Shown here one piece after another: positions 57,456 through 64,000 of a stretch of DNA of 64,000 bases. The position numbers and the translations under genes are program-made. The notes below the pieces were generated by a model. The model had not been told where the DNA came from. It was given only the letters and a program-made list of their open reading frames with translations, and made no database searches. Origin of the DNA: an uncultured virus (IMG/VR IMGVR_UViG_3300016476_000523) (taxonomy: Duplodnaviria > Heunggongvirae > Uroviricota > Caudoviricetes); the IMG/VR virus record IMGVR_UViG_3300016476_000523, positions 1 through 64,000 of that record; one strand, written 5' to 3'. Every line of letters starts with the position of its first letter. Position 1 is the stretch's first letter.

Positions 57456-60400
57456 ATGGCCAATACAGATAAAAACATTATAATAACTCCTAACGTAGGA
57501 CAAACAAATGATCCTAAGATAGAGTTTTCTGGTGCAAATGCCTCAGTAGGCGCACAAACAGTAACTCTTAATGTTTATCCTGATAATAACGGTACGTTAT
57601 CATGGGAAGGATCTGCTGGCCAGTTGTTTTCGATTACCAATGACTTGACTGGTACTATATTTTCTGTAAATGATGTATCGGGTATACCTAGTCTAGAAAT
57701 AAATGCTGATGGCAATATATCGATGGCTGAATTTAGTGGAAACGTTACTATAGGTAATGGTTCTCCCAACGCATTAGTCTTATTCGATAGCTCAATACAA
57801 GTAGTTGCTACTGCGAATCTAGGTGATGTTTCTAATGTTAAAATTGGTGGCGGTACTTCAGGATACGTAGTAAGCACTGATGGTACGGGCAACTTGTCTT
57901 GGATACCATCTACATCAGGCCCGCAAGGTGAATCTGGTTATTCTGGTATTAGTGGATACTCTGGCTACTCAGGCACGAGTGGTTTCTCAGGTATCAGTGG
58001 TTTCTCAGGCATTTCGGGTTTCAGTGGTTTCTCGGGAACAAGTGGATTTAGTGGTTTCTCCGGTAGATCAGGATTCTCGGGCATCAGTGGATATTCTGGC
58101 TACTCAGGCACTAGTGGTTTCTCAGGTATCTCTGGATTCAGCGGCATTAGTGGCTACTCAGGCACGAATGGAACTAATGGCACAAGTGGTTTCTCAGGTA
58201 TCAGTGGTTTCTCAGGCACTAGTGGTTTCTCAGGTATCTCTGGATTCAGCGGCATTAGTGGCTACTCAGGCACGAATGGAACTAATGGCACAAGTGGTTT
58301 CTCAGGTATCAGTGGTTTCTCAGGCATTTCGGGTTTTAGTGGTATTTCAGGTAGATCAGGATTCAGCGGCATTAGTGGCTACTCAGGAACAAATGGGACT
58401 ACCGGCACAAGTGGTTTCTCAGGCATTTCGGGTTTTAGTGGTATTTCAGGTTTTAGCGGCATCAGTGGATACTCAGGCAGAAGTGGTTTCTCGGGTACAA
58501 ATGGAACCAATGGTACTAGCGGTTTCTCGGGTATTTCTGGTTATTCAGGTATTTCTGGATACTCCGGACTAACAGGAGCAACGGGCCCTGCAGGGCCCGG
58601 AAGTTCAGCAGCATTTTCTTACTGCAACACGGACAACATTACATCATGCGCTCTAACTGATCATACTGCTATAACAACTGCAACTGATAACTTCTTTGCA
58701 GGCACATGTTCAGGTAGATCGATTACTACTGGATCATACAATAATTTCTTTGGTACTCAGACAGGTGCATGTACTACTGAAGGATCAAATAACTTCTTTG
58801 CTGGTCAATGCACAGGATTCAACAACACTACCGGTGAGTCGAACACATTTATAGGCTGTCAAGCAGGATTCTGTAATACAACTGGTCGTCGCAACTTCTT
58901 TGCTGGATTGTGTGCTGGATTTCAAAATAGCCTCGGATGTCATAATACTTTTATAGGAAGTCAGGCAGGTTTCTGTAATACTACTGCATCATTTAACATC
59001 TTTGCCGGACTATGTGCTGGTTATTGTAATCAAACCGGTCAGCATAATACCTTTTTTGGATGTGAAGCAGGGTACAACAACTCAACCGGCAATTACAACA
59101 TATTCATAGGACTCAAGGCTGGTTATTGCAATACCACCGGGTCTCAGAATATATTCATTGGCAGACTGTCAGGATGCCGTACTACTACAGGCAGTGACAA
59201 TTTATTTTTCGGACAATCAGCAGGTGAAAGAACTACTACTGGTACTAATAATTTGTTCTTTGGTAGACGTGCCGGATTATATAATACTACTGGTTCTAAT
59301 AACATATTTTTTGGTTCTTGTGCAGGTGAATGTAATACTACTGGAGCACATAACGTATTCATAGGAAGAGAAGCAGGATGTAAAAACGAAACAGGTACCT
59401 ATAATTTCTTTGCAGGTATGTGTGCTGGATATAACAATACTACCGGCGCAGATAATATTTTTATTGGAAGATTTTCTGGATTCTGCAACACGATAGGTAC
59501 TAACAATTTCTTTGCCGGATGGTGTGCTGGATACAAAAATACCACTGGGGTAAGTAATACATTTATCGGTAGCTGGACTGGAGGCAATAATAGCACGGGT
59601 TCATGGAATAACTTCTTAGGTCAAGAATCTGGATTCTGTCATACTACTGGTTGCCATAACAATTTCTTTGGATATCGCGCAGGCTATTCAAACACTACTG
59701 GGTCCAATAATATTTACATAGGTTGCCAAGCAGGATTTTGTAGTACAATAGGATCAGATAACTTCTTTGCAGGCGATTGTGCCGGCTATAAAAATACTAC
59801 TGGTAATAATAACGTATTTATAGGCGATAGAGCGGGATTCTGTAATACAACTGGCGTGAATAACATTTTTATAGGTTCAGAAACAGGATATTGTGCTACC
59901 ACAGGTGTTAATAACTTCTTTGCTGGATTCTGTACTGGTAGATTTACGACCACTGGCACAAATAACAGTTTCTTTGGATGCCTTGCAGGTTACTGTAATA
60001 CCACTGGTGCTAGAAATTTCTTTGCTGGTCTGTGTGCTGGATACAAGAATACGACTGGTGTAAACAATATTTTTATTGGTGATCGTGCTGGTTTCTGTAA
60101 CACAACTGGTACTGATAATATCTTTATGGGTTGTCTAACTGGCGGATGTAGTACCACTGGCTCTCACAATTTCTTTGCAGGTGAGTGTAGTGGTTTTAGA
60201 AACACAACCGGTAGTTATAATACTTTTATCGGCGAGGCAGCTGGTTCATGTAATACAACAGGGGCACATAATTTTTATGCAGGACTATGTGCTGGATTCT
60301 GTAATAACGGAAGCAGTAACATCATGATAGGGTGTAGAGCTGGTAGACTTAGTACTGGCGGCACTCAGAATATTTTTATGGGCACTACTGCTGGTACATG

Positions 60401-61223
60401 TAATACCACTGGTTCTTATAATAACTTCTTTGGAGCTGCTGCAGGATTTAATAATACTACTGGATCACACAACACCTTTTTTGGATGTTCGGCTGGAATT
60501 TGTAACACTACTGGTTCATACAATACATTTATTGGGAAAGGAGCTGGAGTATGTAACACTACTGGAGCACATGGTTTCTTTGCTGGATTATGTGCTGGTT
60601 ACTGTAACACTACTGGTACAAACAACATATTCTTTGGATGTAATGCGGGTATTGCCGTTACTACTGGCATAAACAATATTATCATAGGGTCAGTTGCGGG
60701 TTCTGCTGGTTTAAGTGACACAGTAATCTTAGCTGCTGGTACAACTGAAAGATTGAAAGTAGACGGTACTGGGTTATCAATCAACGGATCTTCGTTTGGG
60801 GTAGCAATTACTGATGATACATCTACAAACGCAACTAGATATCCTACGTTTATTAGTGCGACTAGCGGTACTATAACTGCTGAAAACGTATCATCTACGA
60901 AGTTAACATTTAATCCAAGCACTGGTGAATTATCTGCTACAAACTTTAACTCATTGTCAGATATAAATACTAAAACAAATATTAGTACATTAACAGACTC
61001 TATCACTAAACTTAAGCAGTTGCGTGGTGTAGATTTTAATTGGAAAGAAGACAACAGAAAGAGTATGGGTGTTATCGCTCAGGAATTAGAACAAGTATTC
61101 CCTGAACTAGTAACAACTTTACCTAACGGAACTAAAACTGTTACTTATAGTGGTTTGTTTGCTGTATTGATAGAAGCAATTAAAGAACAACAAAAAGAAA
61201 TCGAAGAATTAAAAAAACGCTAA
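57456..61223 (+). CDS. Fibre/adhesin with SG repeats, Cys-rich 14-residue beta-roll repeats and a C-terminal peptidase S74-type chaperone
   Basis: SG block ~57930-58570; NTTG..N.F.G..AG repeats ~58670-60700; SDINTKTNI...LRGVDFNWK....GVIAQELEQVFPELV...LIEAIKE. Confidence 0.85.
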   Translation: MANTDKNIIITPNVGQTNDPKIEFSGANASVGAQTVTLNVYPDNNGTLSWEGSAGQLFSITNDLTGTIFSVNDVSGIPSLEINADGNISMAEFSGNVTIGNGSPNALVLFDSSIQVVATANLGDVSNVKIGGGTSGYVVSTDGTGNLSWIPSTSGPQGESGYSGISGYSGYSGTSGFSGISGFSGISGFSGFSGTSGFSGFSGRSGFSGISGYSGYSGTSGFSGISGFSGISGYSGTNGTNGTSGFSGISGFSGTSGFSGISGFSGISGYSGTNGTNGTSGFSGISGFSGISGFSGISGRSGFSGISGYSGTNGTTGTSGFSGISGFSGISGFSGISGYSGRSGFSGTNGTNGTSGFSGISGYSGISGYSGLTGATGPAGPGSSAAFSYCNTDNITSCALTDHTAITTATDNFFAGTCSGRSITTGSYNNFFGTQTGACTTEGSNNFFAGQCTGFNNTTGESNTFIGCQAGFCNTTGRRNFFAGLCAGFQNSLGCHNTFIGSQAGFCNTTASFNIFAGLCAGYCNQTGQHNTFFGCEAGYNNSTGNYNIFIGLKAGYCNTTGSQNIFIGRLSGCRTTTGSDNLFFGQSAGERTTTGTNNLFFGRRAGLYNTTGSNNIFFGSCAGECNTTGAHNVFIGREAGCKNETGTYNFFAGMCAGYNNTTGADNIFIGRFSGFCNTIGTNNFFAGWCAGYKNTTGVSNTFIGSWTGGNNSTGSWNNFLGQESGFCHTTGCHNNFFGYRAGYSNTTGSNNIYIGCQAGFCSTIGSDNFFAGDCAGYKNTTGNNNVFIGDRAGFCNTTGVNNIFIGSETGYCATTGVNNFFAGFCTGRFTTTGTNNSFFGCLAGYCNTTGARNFFAGLCAGYKNTTGVNNIFIGDRAGFCNTTGTDNIFMGCLTGGCSTTGSHNFFAGECSGFRNTTGSYNTFIGEAAGSCNTTGAHNFYAGLCAGFCNNGSSNIMIGCRAGRLSTGGTQNIFMGTTAGTCNTTGSYNNFFGAAAGFNNTTGSHNTFFGCSAGICNTTGSYNTFIGKGAGVCNTTGAHGFFAGLCAGYCNTTGTNNIFFGCNAGIAVTTGINNIIIGSVAGSAGLSDTVILAAGTTERLKVDGTGLSINGSSFGVAITDDTSTNATRYPTFISATSGTITAENVSSTKLTFNPSTGELSATNFNSLSDINTKTNISTLTDSITKLKQLRGVDFNWKEDNRKSMGVIAQELEQVFPELVTTLPNGTKTVTYSGLFAVLIEAIKEQQKEIEELKKR
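58107..58326 (+). repeat. Exact 108-bp tandem duplication inside the SG-repeat block
   Basis: CTAGTGGTTTCTCAGGTATCTCTGGATTCAGC... starts at 58111 and again at 58219. Confidence 0.85.
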
Positions 61224-61244
61224 TAGTTCAAAAGGAGAACGAAG

Positions 61245-62993
61245 ATGGCAATAAAAATAGCAGGAGATACTGTCATTGATGACAGTAAAAATTGGTTAGG
61301 TAATCCTATACCATCATTAGGTAGCGGAGGCGCTACAGTTACAGGTTCAGTAACACTTACTTCTTCTAGTGATGGCATGCAATCTGTCACTACAACCGCT
61401 TATGGACAGTCTGTGACATTACCTGACGCAACAACACTTTCCGAAGGAGTATCAGTATTTGCTATAGCAAATCGCGGATCATTTCCCTTATTAATAAAAA
61501 ATAATTCTGGTACATTATTGGGCTACGTGCCTATTGCTAGCTATGTTCAGTGTAGTTTAGCAGACAAATCAACATCAGCTGGTGTATGGGATTTGTTTGG
61601 GGAAACCCCATACGGACCGGATGCAGGAGGCACAATAACATTTGGTACTGGAAACAGTGTTGTTAATAGAGTGGTTGCTGTAACGCTTGATACTAATAGA
61701 GTGGTTCTATTAGCAGGCGGCCCGTCTGCGCTTCAGGCAATAGTATATGATTCAAGTACACAAACATTCGGGTCTTCTGCTCTAGTAAGAACAGCAAACG
61801 TAGAAAATAGGTTTAGTGCCATTAAGTCAGATACGGATAGAGTGTTAGTTTTTAGTTGTGACGCATCAAATGGGTCACAAGCGGTTGTACTATCTATAAG
61901 CGGTAGCTCAATCACAGTTAATACTCCAGTGTCATCGTCCTTAACAGGAGATTGTTCGTCTATAGGAGACGGATCAGTAAATGGAGCGAACATGGTTCAA
62001 ATAGGAACTTCTTTTATTGTTTCATATAACGATTCAGTTAACGATCGAGGAAGAGTGAGAGCAATAACAATCAGTGGCACTACCCCAACATTTGGAGGTG
62101 AAACCACGCCTAGTGCAACTAAAGCGTCATCCTTGCCGATCGTTTATGATGTTGATGGTTCGGTTTGTTTAGTTTTCTCCACTAACGGAACTACTATATA
62201 TGTTACCCCGTATACGGTATCTGGAAGTACCATGACAGTGGGAACAGATGCGTCCATTGCATCCGATTCCGAACCATACTTAGTAACTAGAGTAGGGAGT
62301 AGATGGGCAGTACTTTATAATTATCCAGGCGTTAATCAGTTTAGAGGTGCAATAGTGAGTGTTTCAAGCACAACTGCGTCAGTGAGTACTGTCCAACTTG
62401 GATCTGTCGCAGCAGAGAATAGATTATGTATGAAAGTAAACGGTAGTAATGTAATTTGTGTTGCGGATACCGGCAGCGGTGGTAATGCATATTTAAATGT
62501 TTTGACTGATACTTCTGGTACCGCTTCAGCTGGTACAGGAATTACTCTCCCGATAGGAAGTGGTGGATCACAAATTGGTGCATATGGATATGCGTCTGAC
62601 GGTATTTATTATACAGCACCTGCAGCAAGTGATCGATTCACTAGTTTTAAACTAGGTAATTCAGGGGCACAGCCGACAGCTACTGCACTAAACACATACG
62701 GTTATGTTAGTAGTAGTTTAGCTATTCCTGTTATAAACACACTAGGTAGTAATATGAGCACTGGTGTTACTGTATTATTATCTGGTCAAAATTCATATAG
62801 AATTACTAATCTTACTACTGTGTTTGATTCACTAGCCGGCTACTTAGTACCGTCTGTATATCAATGGCAAGAGGTAAACACCAACTCTACGGCGGTCGCA
62901 TCAACGACTGAAAATCAGAAATGGGTTTGTAGGAACGCAAAGGGCACTCCCTCAGATAGAGTATATACATTCATAAGATACACGGCGGTATAA
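61245..62993 (+). CDS. Putative receptor-binding/fibre-tip protein (beta-propeller-like)
   Basis: MAIKIAGDTVIDD N-terminus, VTLPDATT, repeated 'v.SISGSSITV.T' blade-like units. Confidence 0.6.
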   Translation: MAIKIAGDTVIDDSKNWLGNPIPSLGSGGATVTGSVTLTSSSDGMQSVTTTAYGQSVTLPDATTLSEGVSVFAIANRGSFPLLIKNNSGTLLGYVPIASYVQCSLADKSTSAGVWDLFGETPYGPDAGGTITFGTGNSVVNRVVAVTLDTNRVVLLAGGPSALQAIVYDSSTQTFGSSALVRTANVENRFSAIKSDTDRVLVFSCDASNGSQAVVLSISGSSITVNTPVSSSLTGDCSSIGDGSVNGANMVQIGTSFIVSYNDSVNDRGRVRAITISGTTPTFGGETTPSATKASSLPIVYDVDGSVCLVFSTNGTTIYVTPYTVSGSTMTVGTDASIASDSEPYLVTRVGSRWAVLYNYPGVNQFRGAIVSVSSTTASVSTVQLGSVAAENRLCMKVNGSNVICVADTGSGGNAYLNVLTDTSGTASAGTGITLPIGSGGSQIGAYGYASDGIYYTAPAASDRFTSFKLGNSGAQPTATALNTYGYVSSSLAIPVINTLGSNMSTGVTVLLSGQNSYRITNLTTVFDSLAGYLVPSVYQWQEVNTNSTAVASTTENQKWVCRNAKGTPSDRVYTFIRYTAV

Positions 62994-62995
62994 TC

Positions 62996-63448
62996 ATGAA
63001 AAAACTAACAACAAATGTAGGCGTATTCGGTCCATTCTATTCAATTGAAGTTCTCGAAGACAGATACCACTGTGACAATGCTGATTTCCACTACACTGTG
63101 GTGGGAACAGGAGTAATCAGTGATGTGGAGGAAGGAGATTTCCCTCCACCATCCCCACCGGTGCGACCTCCTGAGGAAATTCAAGCAGAAGTAATCGCGG
63201 AAACTCAAAAGCGACTTGACGATTTCGCAAGAACGAGAAACTATGATGGTATTTTAAGTCTGTGTACTTATGCTACTTCTACTAATGTGAAATTTCAAAC
63301 AGAAGGTCAATATGGAGTTGAAGCAAGAGACAATACTTGGGCAACACTATATGAAATTCTTGATGAAGTACAAAGTGGAACAAGACCTATGCCATCTAGT
63401 TACGCAGATATAGAATCAGAACTACCAGTACTATCGTGGCCTAATTAA
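62996..63448 (+). CDS. Tail fibre assembly-type protein
   Basis: QKRLDDFARTRNYDGILSLCTYATS...F..EG......RD.TW...ELP.LSWP, a pattern typical of small proteins following fibre genes. Confidence 0.65.
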   Translation: MKKLTTNVGVFGPFYSIEVLEDRYHCDNADFHYTVVGTGVISDVEEGDFPPPSPPVRPPEEIQAEVIAETQKRLDDFARTRNYDGILSLCTYATSTNVKFQTEGQYGVEARDNTWATLYEILDEVQSGTRPMPSSYADIESELPVLSWPN

Positions 63449-63483
63449 TTCATCTCGACTTGGTTAGGCTACTAAATATCAAT

Positions 63484-64000
63484 ATGAAAAAAGTACTGAT
63501 AGCTACGCCATGCCTCGACCAAAAAGTAGACGCATATTATGTTCACAGTTTATGTGAATCAATCAAACTTGGTAAAGAACATGACTTTGATATAAATGTT
63601 GTGTTCTTGGCCAACGAAAGTATTTTGCCAATGGCAAGAAACGAACTATTTAATTTAGCATATCACCAAAGTTACGATATCATGGTGTTTATTGATGACG
63701 ATGAATATTGGGATGCTAAAGCACTTGTTGAGATATTATTGTCTGAACGCAGTGTAGTTACTATTCCAGTAGTAAACAAAACTGATAAACAAACAAAGTT
63801 TAATGTTGATCTTGAAAGTAAAAACATAGATGCTTATGGATACGCACAAGCCAAAACAACAGGAACTGGATTCTTAAAAATCACACGCGAAGTTTTTACA
63901 AAACTATGGGAATCGAATCCAGAACTTGAGTTTAGAGGCAAAAAACTAAAGAATATTTGTGAATATACTATGAGTAACGGCAGCTTTGTAGGTGAAGATA
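63484..64000 (+). CDS. GT-A fold (family 2-like) glycosyltransferase, truncated by the window end
   Basis: Translated by hand: MKKVLIATPCLDQKVDAYYVHSL...ESILPMARNELF...MVFIDDDEYW...TGTGFLKITREVF; DxD motif; ACTAAATA box upstream. Not in the ORF track. Confidence 0.75.
   Translation, partial: MKKVLIATPCLDQKVDAYYVHSLCESIKLGKEHDFDINVVFLANESILPMARNELFNLAYHQSYDIMVFIDDDEYWDAKALVEILLSERSVVTIPVVNKTDKQTKFNVDLESKNIDAYGYAQAKTTGTGFLKITREVFTKLWESNPELEFRGKKLKNICEYTMSNGSFVGED

Noticed and set aside
361..63448. Stop-codon reassignment
   Set aside because: Genes, including a 17-kb ORF, are intact under the standard code and end in TAA or TGA. No conserved gene is broken by in-frame stops.

Overview
The window is a segment of a large, AT-rich T4-superfamily (myovirus-like) phage genome read with the standard genetic code. 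From left to right it holds: a partial GIY-YIG homing endonuclease; a leftward baseplate operon (5,740-aa giant wedge/adhesin-like protein, gp6, gp25, gp5, hub, gp53 and gp48-like genes); a rightward late-sigma/recombination block (gp55, gp47, gp46, a GIY-YIG endonuclease, a resolvase); a ~480-nt hairpin-dense non-coding element; a gp26/gp51-like pair joined by a candidate -1 frameshift; a tape measure-like gene; the head module (gp20, core proteins, gp21, gp22, gp23) followed by an HNH endonuclease; a QueC-like gene; and a fibre/adhesin region with (Ser-Gly-X)n repeats, a Cys-rich solenoid, LamG and pentraxin-like lectins, ending in a partial glycosyltransferase. The best candidate for an undescribed system is the large structured ncRNA at ~33290-33770. 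Other strong observations are the frameshift, the synonymously recoded 3' end of the capsid gene next to an HNH gene, a CRP-like pentraxin, leaderless late genes, and the SG-repeat fibres next to a glycosyltransferase. All product calls come from motif recognition and gene order, not database searches.
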